NCBI GenBank assembly: GCA_964057225.1
Contig: CAXKVF010000072.1
Coordinates: 496,001-560,000 of the forward strand
Direction of reading: 5' to 3'
DNA length: 64,000 bases
Origin: Auanema rhodensis
Lineage: Eukaryota; Animalia; Nematoda
The notes under the pieces were generated by a model, which worked only from the letters and a program-made list of their open reading frames with translations, searched no databases and was not told the origin of the DNA. Position 1 is the first letter of the stretch. Every line of letters starts with the position of its first letter. Made by a program: the position numbers and the translations under genes. Below are positions 39,601 through 54,926 of this stretch, piece after piece.

Positions 39601-42600
39601 GAGTTACATACCAAGTGCACATCACGTGTACATTTAATTAGCATAAATTAAAGTTCACGTAAATTTCAAAGTCATGGTTACCATGAACCAATATCAATAA
39701 AAATTTGTTTTTAGACTAATATGGACATGGGGAATCTAATTTTGAAAACCGCATCTCTTTATCTTCCACGTGAAGCGAGTTACATACCAAGTGCACATCA
39801 CGTGTACATTTAATTAGCATAAATTAAAGTTCACGTAAATTTCAAAGTCATGGTTACCATGAACCAATATCAATAAAAATTTTTTTTTTAGACTAATATG
39901 GACATGGGGAATCAAATTTTGAAAACCGCATCTCTTTATCTTTCACGTGAAGCGAGTTACATACCAAGGGCACATCACGTGTACATTTAATTAGCATAAA
40001 TTAAAGTTCACGTAAATTTCAAAGTCATGGTTACCATGAACCAATATCAATAAAAATTTGTTTTTAGACTAATATGGACATGGGGAATCTAATTTTGAAA
40101 ACCGCATCACTTTATCTTTCACGTGAAGCGAGTTACATACCAAGTGCACATCACGTGTACATTTAATTAGCATAAATTAAAGTTCACGTAAATTTCAAAG
40201 TCATGGTTACCATGCACCAATATCAATAAAAATTTGTTTTTAGACTAATATGGACATGGGGAATCTAATTTTGAAAACCGCATCTCTTTATATTTCACGT
40301 GAAGCGAGTTACATACCAAGTGCACATCACGTGTACATTTAATTAGCATAAATTAAAGTTCACGTAAATTTCAAAGTCATGGTTACCATGAACCAATATC
40401 AATAAAAATTTGTTTTTAGACTAATATGGACATGGGGAATCTAATTTTGAAAACCGCATCACTTTATCTTTCACGTGAAGCGAGTTACATACCAAGTGCA
40501 CATCACGTGTACATTTAATTAGCATAAATTAAAGTTCACGTAAATTTCAAAGTCATGGTTACCATGCACCAATATCAATAAAAATTTGTTTTTAGACTAA
40601 TATGGACATGGGGAATCTAATTTTGAAAACCGCATCTCTTTATATTTCACGTGAAGCGAGTTACATACCAAGTGCACATCACGTGTACATTTAATTAGCA
40701 TAAATTAAAGTTCACGTAAATTTCAAAGTCATGGTTACCATGAACCAATATCAATAAAAATTTGTTTTTAGACTAATATGGACATGGGGAATCTAATTTT
40801 GAAAACCGCATCTCTTTATCTTGCACGTGAAGCGAGTTACATACCAAGTGCACATCACGTGTACATTTAATTAGCATAAATTAAAGTTCACGTAAATTTC
40901 AAAGTCATGGTTACCATGAACCAATATCAATAAAATTTTGTTTTTAGACTAATATGTACATGGGGAATCTAATTTTGAAAACCGCATTTCTTTATCTTTC
41001 ACGTGAAGCGAGTTACATACCAAGTGCACATCACGTGTACATTTAATTAGCATAAATTAAAGTTCACGTAAATTTCAAAGTCATGGTTACCATGCACCAA
41101 TATCAATAAAAATTTGTTTTTAGACTAATATGTACATGGGGAATCTAATTTTGAAAACCGCATTTCTTTATCTTTCACGTGAAGCGAGTTACATACCAAG
41201 TGCACATCACGTGTACATTTAATTAGCATAAATTAAAGTTCACGTAAATTTCAAAGTCATAGTTACCATGCACCAATATCAATAAAAATCTGTTTTTAGA
41301 CTAATATGGACATGGGGAATCTAATTTTGAAAACCGCATCTCTTTATCTTTCACGTGAAGCGAGTTACATATCAAGTGCACATCACGTGTACATTTAATT
41401 AGCATAAATTAAAGTTCACGTAAATTTCAAAGTCATGGTTACCATTAACCAATATCAATAAAAATTTGTTTTTAGACTAATATGGACATGGGGAATCTAA
41501 TTTTGAAAACCGCATCTCTTTATCTTTCACGTGAAGCGAGTTACATACCAAGTGCACATCACGTGTACATTTAATTAGCATAAATTAAAGTTCACGTAAA
41601 TTTCAAAGTCATGGTTACCATGCACCAATATCAATAAAAATTTGTTTTTAGACTAATATGGACATGGGGAATCTAATTTTGAAAACCGCATCTCTTTATC
41701 TTTCACGTGAAGCGAGTTACATACCAAGTGCACATCACGTGTACATTTAATTAGCATAAATTAAAGTTCACGTAAATTTCAAAGTCATGGTTACCATGAA
41801 CCAATATCAATAAAAATTTGTTTTTAGACTAATATGGACATGGGGAATCTAATTTTGAAAACCGCATCTCTTTATCTTTCACGTGAAGCGAGTTACATAC
41901 CAAGTGCACATCACGTGTACATTTAATTAGCATAAATTAAAGTTCACGTAAATTTCAAACTCATGGTTACCATGCACCAAAATCAATAAAAATTTGTTTT
42001 TAGACTAATATGGACATGGGGAATCTAATTTTGAAAACCGCATCTCTTTATCTTTCACGTGAAGCGAGTTACATACCAAGTGCACATCACGTGTACATTT
42101 AATTAGCATAAATTAAAGTTCACGTAAATTTCAAAGTCATGGTTACCATGCACCAATATCAATAAAAATTTGTTTTTAGACTAATATGGACATGGGGAAT
42201 CTAATGTTGAAAACCGCATCTCTTTATCTTTCACGTGAAGCGAGTTACATACCAAGTGCACATCACGTGTACATTTAATTAGCATAAATTAAAGTTCACG
42301 TAAATTTCAAAGTCATGGTTACCATGAACCAATATCAATAAAAATTTGTTTTTAGACTAATATGTAAATGGGGAATCTAATTTTGAAAACCGCATCTCTT
42401 TATCTTTCACGTGAAGCGAGTTACATACCAAGTGCACATCACGTGTACAATTAATTAGCATAAATTAAAGTTCACGTAAATTTCAAAGTCATGGTTACCA
42501 TGAACCAATATCAATAAAAATTTGTTTTTAGACTAATATGGACATGGGGAATCTAATTTTGAAAACCGCATTTCTTTATCTTTCACGTGAAGCGAGTTAC

Positions 42601-42777
42601 ATATCAAGTGCACATCACGTGTACATTTAATTAGCATAAATTAAAGTTCACGTAAATTTCAAAGTCATGGTTACCATGCACCAATATCAATAAAAAATTG
42701 TTTTTAGACTTATATGGACATGGGAAATCAAATTTTGAAAACCGCATCTCTTTATCTTTCACGTGAAGCGAGTTACA
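36617..42777. repeat. 35-monomer segmental duplication, copy 2
   Basis: Matches 19893-26054 monomer for monomer, including the ORF-bearing monomer (25879 vs 42602). Confidence 0.92.
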
Positions 42778-45700
42778 TACCAAGTGCACATCACGTGTAC
42801 ATTTAATTAGCATAAATTAAAGTTCACGTAAATTTCAAAGTCATGGTTACCATGAACCAATATCAATAAAAATTTGTTTTTAGACTAATATGGACATGGG
42901 GAATCTAATTTTGAAAACCGCATCACTTTATCTTTCACGTGAAGCGAGTTACATACCAAGTGCACATCACGTGTACATTTAATTAGCATAAATTAAAGTT
43001 CACGTAAATTTCAAAGTCATGGTTACCATGCACCAATATCAATAAAAATTTGTTTTTAGACTAATATGGACATGGGGAATCTAATGTTGAAAACCGCATC
43101 TTTTTATCTTTCACGTGAAGCGAGTTACATACCAAGTGCACATCACGTGTACATTTAATTAGCATAAATTAAAGTTCACGTAAATTTCAAAGTCATGGTT
43201 ACCATGCACGAATATCAATAAAAATTTGTTTTTAAACTAATATGGACATGGGGAATCTAATTTTGAAAACCGCATCTCTTTATCTTCCACGTGAAGCGAG
43301 TTACATACCAAGTGCACATCACGTGCACATTTAATTAGCATAAATTAAAGTTCACGTAAATTTCAAAGTCATGGTTACCATGCACCAATATCAATAAAAA
43401 TTTGTTTTTAGACTAATATGGACATGAAGAATCTAATGTTGAAAACCGCATCTCTTTATCTTTCACGTGAAGCGAGTTACATACCAAGTGCACATCACGT
43501 GTACATTTAATTAGCATAAATTAAAGTTCACGTAAATTTCAAAGTCATGGTTACCATGAACCAATATCAATAAAAATTTGTTTTTAGACTAATATGTACA
43601 TGGGGAATCTAATTTTGAAAACCGCATCTCTTTATCTTTCACGTGAAGCGAGTTACATACCAAGTGCACATCACGTGTACAATTAATTAGCATAAATTAA
43701 AGTTCACGTAAATTTCAAAGTCATGGTTACCATGCACCAATATCAATAAAAATTTGTTTTTAGACTAATATGGACATGGGGAATCTAATGTTGAAAACCG
43801 CATCTCTTTATCTTTCACGTGAAGCGAGTTACATACCAAGTGCACATCACGTGTACATTTAATTAGCATAAATTAAAGTTCACGTAAATTTCAAAGTCAT
43901 GGTTACCATGAACCAATATCAATAAAAATTTGTTTTTAGACTAATATGTAAATGGGGAATCTAATTTTGAAAACCGCATCTCTTTATCTTTCACGTGAAG
44001 CGAGTTACATACCAAGTGCACATCACGTGTACAATTAATTAGCATAAATTAAAGTTCACGTAAATTTCAAAGTCATGGTTACCATGAACCAATATCAATA
44101 AAAATTTGTTTTTAGACTAATATGGACATGGGGAATCTAATTTTGAAAACCGCATTTCTTTATCTTTCACGTGAAGCGAGTTACATATCAAGTGCACATC
44201 ACGTGTACATTTAATTAGCATAAATTAAAGTTCACGTAAATTTCAAAGTCATGGTTACCATGAACCAATATCAATAAAAATTTGTTTTTAGACTAATATG
44301 GACATGGGGAATCAAATTTTGAAAACCGCATCTCTTTATCTTTCACGTGAAGCGAGTTACATACCAAGTGCACATCACGTGTACATTTAATTAGCATAAA
44401 TTAAAGTTCACGTAAATTTCAAAGTCATGGTTACCATGAACCAATATCAATAAAAATTTGTTTTTAGACTAATATGGACATGGGGAATCTAATTTTGAAA
44501 ACCGCATCACTTTATCTTTCACGTGAAGCGAGTTACATACCAAGTGCACATCACGTGTACATTTAATTAGCATAAATTAAAGTTCACGTAAATTTCAAAG
44601 TCATGGTTACCATGCACCAATATCAATAAAAATTTGTTTTTAGACTAATATGGACATGGGGAATCTAATGTTGAAAACCGCATCTTTTTATCTTTCACGT
44701 GAAGCGAGTTACATACCAAGTGCACATCACGTGTACATTTAATTAGCATAAATTAAAGTTCACGTAAATTTCAAAGTCATGGTTACCATGCACCAATATC
44801 AATAAAAATTTGTTTTTAGACTAATATGGACATGGGGAATCTAATTTTGAAAACCGCATCTCTTTATCTTCCACGTGAAGCGAGTTACATACCAAGTGCA
44901 CATCACGTGCACATTTAATTAGCATAAATTAAAGTTCACGTAAATTTCAAAGTCATGGTTACCATGCACCAATATCAATAAAAATTTGTTTTTAGACTAA
45001 TATGGACATGAAGAATCTAATGTTGAAAACCGCATCTCTTTATCTTTCACGTGAAGCGAGTTACATACCAAGTGCACATCACGTGTACATTTAATTAGCA
45101 TAAATTAAAGTTCACGTAAATTTCAAAGTCATGGTTACCATGAACCAATATCAATAAAAATTTGTTTTTAGACTAATATGTACATGGGGAATCTAATTTT
45201 GAAAACCGCATCTCTTTATCTTTCACGTGAAGCGAGTTACATACCAAGTGCACATCACGTGTACAATTAATTAGCATAAATTAAAGTTCACGTAAATTTC
45301 AAAGTCATGGTTACCATGAACCAATATCAATAAAAATTTGTTTTTAGACTAATATGGACATGGGGAATCTAATTTTGAAAACCGCATTTCTTTATCTTTC
45401 ACGTGAAGCGAGTCACATACCAAGTGCACATCACGTGTACATTTAATTAGCATAAATTAAAGTTCACGTAAATTTCAAAGTCATGGTTACCATGCACCAA
45501 TATCAATAAAAATTTGTTTTTAGACTAATATGGACATGGGGAATCTAATTTTGAAAACCGCATCTCTTTATCTTTCACGTGAAACGAGTTACATACCAAG
45601 TGCACATCACGTGTACATTTAATTAGCATAAATTAAAGTTCACGTAAATTTCAAAGTCATGGTTACCATGCACCAATATCAATAAAAATTTGTTTTTAGA

Positions 45701-47884
45701 CTAATATGGACATGGGGAATCTAATTTTTTAAAACCGCATCTCTTTATCTTTCACGTGAAGCGAGTTACATACCAAGTGCACATCACGTGTACATTTAAT
45801 TAGCATAAATTAAAGTTCACGTAAATTTCAAAGTCATGGTTACCATGCACCAATATCAATAAAAATTTGTTTTTAGACTAATATGGACATGAAGAATCTA
45901 ATGTTGAAAACCGCATCTCTTTATCTTTCACGTGAAGCGAGTTACATACCAAGTGCACATCACGTGTACATTTAATTAGCATAAATTAAAGTTCACGTAA
46001 ATTTCAAAGTCATGGTTACCATGAACCAATATCAATAAAAATTTGTTTTTAGACTAATATGTACATGGGGAATCTAATTTTGAAAACCGCATCTCTTTAT
46101 CTTTCACGTGAAGCGAGTTACATACCAAGTGCACATCACGTGTACAATTAATTAGCATAAATTAAAGTTCACGTAAATTTCAAAGTCATGGTTACCATGA
46201 ACCAATATCAATAAAAATTTGTTTTTAGACTAATATGGACATGGGGAATCTAATTTTGAAAACCGCATTTCTTTATCTTTCACGTGAAGCGAGTCACATA
46301 CCAAGTGCACATCACGTGTACATTTAATTAGCATAAATTAAAGTTCACGTAAATTTCAAAGTCATGGTTACCATGCACCAATATCAATAAAAATTTGTTT
46401 TTAGACTAATATGGACATGGGGAATCTAATTTTGAAAACCGCATCTCTTTATCTTTCACGTGAAGCGAGTTACATACCAAGTGCACATCACGTGTACATT
46501 TAATTAGCATAAATTAAAGTTCACGTAAATTTCAAAGTCATGGTTACCATGCACCAATATCAATAAAAATTTGTTTTTAGACTAATATGGACATGGGGAA
46601 TCTAATTTTTTAAAACCGCATTTCTTTATCTTTCACGTGAAGCGAGTCACATACCAAGTGCACATCACGTGTACATTTAATTAGCATAAATTAAAGTTCA
46701 CGTAAATTTCAAAGTCATGGTTACCATGCACCAATATCAATAAAAATTTGTTTTTAGACTAATATGGACATGGGGAATCTAATTTTGAAAACCGCATCTC
46801 TTTATCTTTCACGTGAAGCGAGTTACATACCAAGTGCACATCACGTGTACATTTAATTAGCATAAATTAAAGTTCACGTAAATTTCAAAGTCATGGTTAC
46901 CATGCACCAATATCAATAAAAATTTGTTTTTAGACTAATATGGACATGGGGAATCTAATTTTTTAAAACCGCATCTCTTTATCTTTCACGTGAAGCGAGT
47001 TACATACCAAGTGCACATCACGTGTACATTTAATTAGCATAAATTAAAGTTCACGTAAATTTCAAAGTCATGGTTACCATGCACCAATATCAATAAAAAT
47101 TTGTTTTTAGACTAATATGGACATGGGGAATCTAATTTTGAAAACCGCATCACTTTATCTTTCACGTGAAGCGAGTTACATACCAAGTGCACATCACGTG
47201 TACATTTAATTAGCATAAATTAAAGTTCACGTAAATTTCAAAGTCATGGTTACCATGCACCAATATCAATAAAAATTTGTTTTTAGACTAATATGGACAT
47301 GGGGAATCTAATGTTGAAAACCGCATCTTTTTATCTTTCACGTGAAGCGAGTTACATACCAAGTGCACATCACGTGTACATTTAATTAGCATAAATTAAA
47401 GTTCACGTAAATTTCAAAGTCATGGTTACCATGCACCAATATCAATAAAAATTTGTTTTTAGACTAATATGGACATGGGGAATCTAATTTTGAAAACCGC
47501 ATCTCTTTATCTTCCACGTGAAGCGAGTTACATACCAAGTGCACATCACGTGCACATTTAATTAGCATAAATTAAAGTTCACGTAAATTTCAAAGTCATG
47601 GTTACCATGCACCAATATCAATAAAAATTTGTTTTTAGACTAATATGGACATGAAGAATCTAATGTTGAAAACCGCATCTCTTTATCTTTCACGTGAAGC
47701 GAGTTACATACCAAGTGCACATCACGTGTACATTTAATTAGCATAAATTAAAGTTCACGTAAATTTCAAAGTCATGGTTACCATGAACCAATATCAATAA
47801 AAATTTGTTTTTAGACTAATATGTACATGGGGAATCTAATTTTGAAAACCGCATCTCTTTATCTTTCACGTGAAGCGAGTTACA

Positions 47885-50800
47885 TACCAAGTGCACATCA
47901 CGTGTACAATTAATTAGCATAAATTAAAGTTCACGTAAATTTCAAAGTCATGGTTACCATGAACCAATATCAATAAAAATTTGTTTTTAGACTAATATGG
48001 ACATGGGGAATCTAATTTTGAAAACCGCATTTCTTTATCTTTCACGTGAAGCGAGTCACATACCAAGTGCACATCACGTGTACATTTAATTAGCATAAAT
48101 TAAAGTTCACGTAAATTTCAAAGTCATGGTTACCATGCACCAATATCAATAAAAATTTGTTTTTAGACTAATATGGACATGGGGAATCTAATTTTGAAAA
48201 CCGCATCTCTTTATCTTTCACGTGAAGCGAGTTACATACCAAGTGCACATCACGTGTACATTTAATTAGCATAAATTAAAGTTCACGTAAATTTCAAAGT
48301 CATGGTTACCATGCACCAATATCAATAAAAATTTGTTTTTAGACTAATATGGACATGGGGAATCTAATTTTTTAAAACCGCATCTCTTTATCTTTCACGT
48401 GAAGCGAGTTACATACCAAGTGCACATCACGTGTACATTTAATTAGCATAAATTAAAGTTCACGTAAATTTCAAAGTCATGGTTACCATGCACCAATATC
48501 AATAAAAATTTGTTTTTAGACTAATATGGACATGGGGAATCTAATTTTGAAAACCGCATCTCTTTATCTTCCACGTGAAGCGAGTTACATACCAAGTGCA
48601 CATCACGTGTACATTTAATTAGCATAAATTAAAGTTCACGTAAATTTCAAAGTCATGGTTACCATGAACCAATATCAATAAAAATTTGTTTTTAGACTAA
48701 TATGTACATGGGGAATCTAATTTTGAAAACCGCATCTCTTCATATTTCACGTGAAGCGAGTTACATACCAAGTGCACATCACGTGTACATTTAATTAGCA
48801 TAAATTAAAGTTCACGTAAATTTCAAAGTCATGGTTACCATGAACCAATATCAATAAAAATTTGTTTTTAGACTAATATGGACATGGGGAATCTAATTTT
48901 GAAAACCGCATCACTTTATCTTTCACGTGAAGCGAGTTACATACCAAGTGCACATCACGTGTACATTTAATTAGCATAAATTAAAGTTCACGTAAATTTC
49001 AAAGTCATGGTTACCATGCACCAATATCAATAAAAATTTGTTTTTAGACTAATATGGACATGGGGAATCTAATGTTGAAAACCGCATCTTTTTATCTTCC
49101 ACGTGAAGCGAGTTACATACCAAGTGCACATCACGTGTACATTTAATTAGCATAAATTAAAGTTCACGTAAATTTCAAAGTCATGGTTACCATGCACCAA
49201 TATCAATAAAAATTTGTTTTTAGACTAATATGGACATGGGGAATCTAATTTTGAAAACCGCATCTCTTTATCTTTCACGTGAAGCGAGTTACATACCAAG
49301 TGCACATCACGTGTACATTTAATTAGCATAAATTAAAGTTCACGTAAATTTCAAAGTCATGGTTACCATGCACCAAAATCAATAAAAATTTGTTTTTAGA
49401 CTAATATGGACATGGGGAATCTAATTTTGAAAACCGCATCTCTTTATCTTCCACGTGAAGCGAGTTACATACCAAGTGCACATCACGTGTACATTTAATT
49501 AGCATAAATTAAAGTTCACGTAAATTTCAAAGTCATGGTTACCATGAACCAATATCAATAAAAATTTGTTTTTAGACTAATATGGACATGGGGAATCTAA
49601 TTTTGAAAACCGCATCTCTTGATCTTCCACGTGAAGCGAGTTACATACCAAGTGCACATCACGTGTACAATTAATTAGCATAAATTAAAGTTCACGTAAA
49701 TTTCAAAGTCATGGTTACCATGAACCAATATCAATAAAAATTTGTTTTTAGACTAATATGGACATGGGGAATCTAATTTTGAAAACCGCATTTCTTTATC
49801 TTTCACGTGAAGCGAGTCACATACCAAGTGCACATCACGTGTACATTTAATTAGCATAAATTAAAGTTCACGTAAATTTCAAAGTCATGGTTACCATGCA
49901 CCAATATCAATAAAAATTTGTTTTTAGACTAATATGGACATGGGGAATCTAATTTTGAAAACCGCATCTCTTTATCTTTCACGTGAAGCGAGTTACATAC
50001 CAAGTGCACATCACGTGTACATTTAATTAGCATAAATTAAAGTTCACGTAAATTTCAAAGTCATGGTTACCATGCACCAATATCAATAAAAATTTGTTTT
50101 TAGACTAATATGGACATGGGGAATCTAATTTTTTAAAACCGCATCTCTTTATCTTTCACGTGAAGCGAGTTACATACCAAGTGCACATCACGTGTACATT
50201 TAATTAGCATAAATTAAAGTTCACGTAAATTTCAAAGTCATGGTTACCATGCACCAATATCAATAAAAATTTGTTTTTAGACTAATATGGACATGGGGAA
50301 TCTAATTTTGAAAACCGCATCTCTTTATCTTCCACGTGAAGCGAGTTACATACCAAGTGCACATCACGTGTACATTTAATTAGCATAAATTAAAGTTCAC
50401 GTAAATTTCAAAGTCATGGTTACCATGAACCAATATCAATAAAAATTTGTTTTTAGACTAATATGTACATGGGGAATCTAATTTTGAAAACCGCATCTCT
50501 TCATATTTCACGTGAAGCGAGTTACATACCAAGTGCACATCACGTGTACATTTAATTAGCATAAATTAAAGTTCACGTAAATTTCAAAGTCATGGTTACC
50601 ATGAACCAATATCAATAAAAATTTGTTTTTAGACTAATATGGACATGGGGAATCTAATTTTGAAAACCGCATCACTTTATCTTTCACGTGAAGCGAGTTA
50701 CATACCAAGTGCACATCACGTGTACATTTAATTAGCATAAATTAAAGTTCACGTAAATTTCAAAGTCATGGTTACCATGCACCAATATCAATAAAAATTT

Positions 50801-51406
50801 GTTTTTAGACTAATATGGACATGGGGAATCTAATGTTGAAAACCGCATCTTTTTATCTTCCACGTGAAGCGAGTTACATACCAAGTGCACATCACGTGTA
50901 CATTTAATTAGCATAAATTAAAGTTCACGTAAATTTCAAAGTCATGGTTACCATGCACCAATATCAATAAAAATTTGTTTTTAGACTAATATGGACATGG
51001 GGAATCTAATTTTGAAAACCGCATCTCTTTATCTTTCACGTGAAGCGAGTTACATACCAAGTGCACATCACGTGTACATTTAATTAGCATAAATTAAAGT
51101 TCACGTAAATTTCAAAGTCATGGTTACCATGCACCAAAATCAATAAAAATTTGTTTTTAGACTAATATGGACATGGGGAATCTAATTTTGAAAACCGCAT
51201 CTCTTTATCTTCCACGTGAAGCGAGTTACATACCAAGTGCACATCACGTGTACATTTAATTAGCATAAATTAAAGTTCACGTAAATTTCAAAGTCATGGT
51301 TACCATGAACCAATATCAATAAAAATTTGTTTTTAGACTAATATGGACATGGGGAATCTAATTTTGAAAACCGCATCTCTTGATCTTCCACGTGAAGCGA
51401 GTTACA
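47885..51406. repeat. Tandem duplication of a 10-monomer block (47885-49645 and 49646-51406, offset 1761)
   Basis: Identical order: m25A+m147T+m173C; consensus; T6 insertion; m158C; m116T+m152C+m155A; m148A; m133G+m149T+m158C; consensus; m84A+m158C; m152G+m158C. Confidence 0.9.
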
Positions 51407-54400
51407 TACCAAGTGCACATCACGTGTACATTTAATTAGCATAAATTAAAGTTCACGTAAATTTCAAAGTCATGGTTACCATGAACCAATATCAATAAAA
51501 ATTTGTTTTTAGACTAATATGAACATGGGGAATCAAATTTTGAAAACCGCATCTCTTTATCTTTCACGTGAAGCGAGTTACATACCAAGTGCACATCACG
51601 TGTACATTTAATTAGCATAAATTAAAGTTCACGTAAATTTCAAAGTCATGGTTACCATGAACCAATATCAATAAAAATTTGTTTTTAGACTAATATGGAC
51701 ATGGGGAATCTAATTTTGAAAACCGCATCACTTTATCTTTCACGTGAAGCGAGTTACATACCAAGTGCACATCACGTGTACATTTAATTAGCATAAATTA
51801 AAGTTCACGTAAATTTCAAAGTCATGGTTACCATGCACCAATATCAATAAAAATTTGTTTTTAGACTAATATGGACATGGGGAATCTAATTTTGAAAACC
51901 GCATCTCTTTATCTTTCACGTGAAGCGAGTTACATACCAAGTGCACATCACGTGTACATTTAATTAGCATAAATTAAAGTTCACGTAAATTTCAAAGTCA
52001 TGGTTACCATGCACCAAAATCAATAAAAATTTGTTTTTAGACTAATATGGACATGGGGAATCTAATTTTGAAAACCGCATCTCTTTATCTTCCACGTGAA
52101 GCGAGTTACATACCAAGTGCACATCACGTGTACATTTAATTAGCATAAATTAAAGTTCACGTAAATTTCAAAGTCATGGTTACCATGAACCAATATCAAT
52201 AAAAATTTGTTTTTAGACTAATATGGACATGGGGAATCTAATTTTGAAAACCGCATCTCTTGATCTTCCACGTGAAGCGAGTTACATACCAAGTGCACAT
52301 CACGTGTACATTTAATTAGCATAAATTAAAGTTCACGTAAATTTCAAAGTCATGGTTACCATGAACCAATATCAATAAAAATTTGTTTTTAGACTAATAT
52401 GAACATGGGGAATCAAATTTTGAAAACCGCATCACTTTATCTTTCACGTGAAGCGAGTTACATACCAAGTGCACATCACGTGTACATTTAATTAGCATAA
52501 ATTAAAGTTCACGTAAATTTCAAAGTCATGGTTACCATGCACCAATATCAATAAAAATTTGTTTTTAGACTAATATGGACATGGGGAATCTAATTTTGAA
52601 AACCGCATCTCTTTATCTTTCACGTGAAGCGAGTTACATACCAAGTGCACATCACGTGTACATTTAATTAGCATAAATTAAAGTTCACGTAAATTTCAAA
52701 GTCATGGTTACCATGCACCAATATCAATAAAAATTTGTTTTTAGACTAATATGGACATGGGGAATCTAATTTTGAAAACCGCATCTCTTTATCTTCCACG
52801 TGAAGCGAGTTACATACCAAGTGCACATCACGTGTACATTTAATTAGCATAAATTAAAGTTCACGTAAATTTCAAAGTCATGGTTACCATGAACCAATAT
52901 CAATAAAAATTTGTTTTTAGACTAATATGTACATGGGGAATCTAATTTTGAAAACCGCATCTCTTTATCTTTCACGTGAAGCGAGTTACATACCAAGTGC
53001 ACATCACGTGTACATTTAATTAGCATAAATTAAAGTTCACGTAAATTTCAAAGTCATGGTTACCATGCACCAATATCAATAAAAATTTGTTTTTAGACTA
53101 ATATGGACATGGGGAACCTAATTTTGAAAACCGCATCTCTTTATCTTTCACGTGAAGCGAGTTACATATCAAGTGCACATCACGTGTACATTTAATTAGC
53201 ATAAATTAAAGTTCACGTAAATTTCAAAGTCATGGTTACCATTAACCAATATCAATAAAAATTTGTTTTTAGACTAATATGGACATGGGGAATCTAATTT
53301 TAAAAACCGCATCTCTTTATCTTTCACGTGAAGCGAGTTACATACCAAGTGCACATCACGTGTACATTTAATTAGCATAAATTAAAGTTCACGTAAATTT
53401 CAAAGTCATGGTTACCATGCACCAATATCAATAAAAATCTGTTTTTAGACTAATATGGACATGGGGAATCTAATTTTGAAAACCGCATCTCTTTATCTTT
53501 CACGTGAAGCGAGTTACATACCAAGTGCACATCACGTGTACATTTAATTAGCATAAATTAAAGTTCACGTAAATTTCAAAGTCATGGTTACCATGCACCA
53601 ATATCAATAAAAATTTGTTGTTAGACTAATATGGACATGGGGAATCTAATGTTGAAAACCGCATCTCTTTATCTTTCACGTGAAGCGAGTTACATACCAA
53701 GTGCACATCACGTGTACATTTAATTAGCATAAATTAAAGTTCACGTAAATTTCAAAGTCATGGTTACCATGAACCAATATCAATAAAAATTTGTTTTTAG
53801 ACTAATATGTACATGGGGAATCTAATTTTAAAAACCGCATCTCTTTATCTTTCACGTGAAGCGAGTTACATACCAAGTGCACATCACGTGCACATTTAAT
53901 TAGCATAAATTAAAGTTCACGTAAATTTCAAAGTCATGGTTACCATGCACCAATATCAATAAAAATTTGTTTTTAGACTAATATGGACATGGGGAATCTA
54001 ATGTTGAAAACCGCATCTTTTTATCTTTCACGTGAAGCGAGTTACATACCAAGTGCACATCACGTGTACATTTAATTAGCATAAATTAAAGTTCACGTAA
54101 ATTTCAAAGTCATGGTTACCATGAACCAATATCAATAAAAATTTGTTTTTAGACTAATATGGACATGGGGAATCTAATGTTGAAAACCGCATCTCTTTAT
54201 CTTTCACGTGAAGCGAGTTGCATACCAAGTGCACATCACGTGTACATTTAATTAGCATAAATTAAAGTTCACGTAAATTTCAAAGTCATGGTTACCATGA
54301 ACCAATATCAATAAAAATTTGTTTTTAGACTAATATGGACATGGGGAATCTAATTTTGAAAACCGCATCTCTTTATCTTTCACGTGAAGCGAGTTACATA

Positions 54401-54926
54401 CCAAGTGCACATCACGTGTACATTTAATTAGCATAAATTAAAGTGCACGTAAATTTCAAAGTCATGGTTACCATGAACCAATATCAATAAAAATTTGTTT
54501 TTAGACTAATATGGACATGGGGAATCTAATGTTGAAAACCGCATCTCTTTATCTTTCACGTGAAGCGAGTTGCATACCAAGTGCACATCACGTGTACATT
54601 TAATTAGCATAAATTAAAGTTCACGTAAATTTCAAAGTCATGGTTACCATGAACCAATATCAATAAAAATTTGTTTTTAGACTAATATGGACATGGGGAA
54701 TCTAATTTTGAAAACCGCATCTCTTTATCTTCCACGTGAAGCGAGTTACATACCAAGTGCACATCACGTGTACATTTAATTAGCATAAATTAAAGTTCAC
54801 GTAAATTTCAAAGTCATGGTTACCATGAACCAATATCAATAAAAATTTGTTTTTAGACTAATATGGACATGGGGAATCAAATTTTGAAAACCGCATCTCT
54901 TTATCTTTCACGTGAAGCGAGTTACA

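Noticed and set aside
42631-42813. Identical second 60 aa ORF
   Set aside because: Its identity to the first is explained by the 35-monomer duplication (offset 16723), not by coding constraint.
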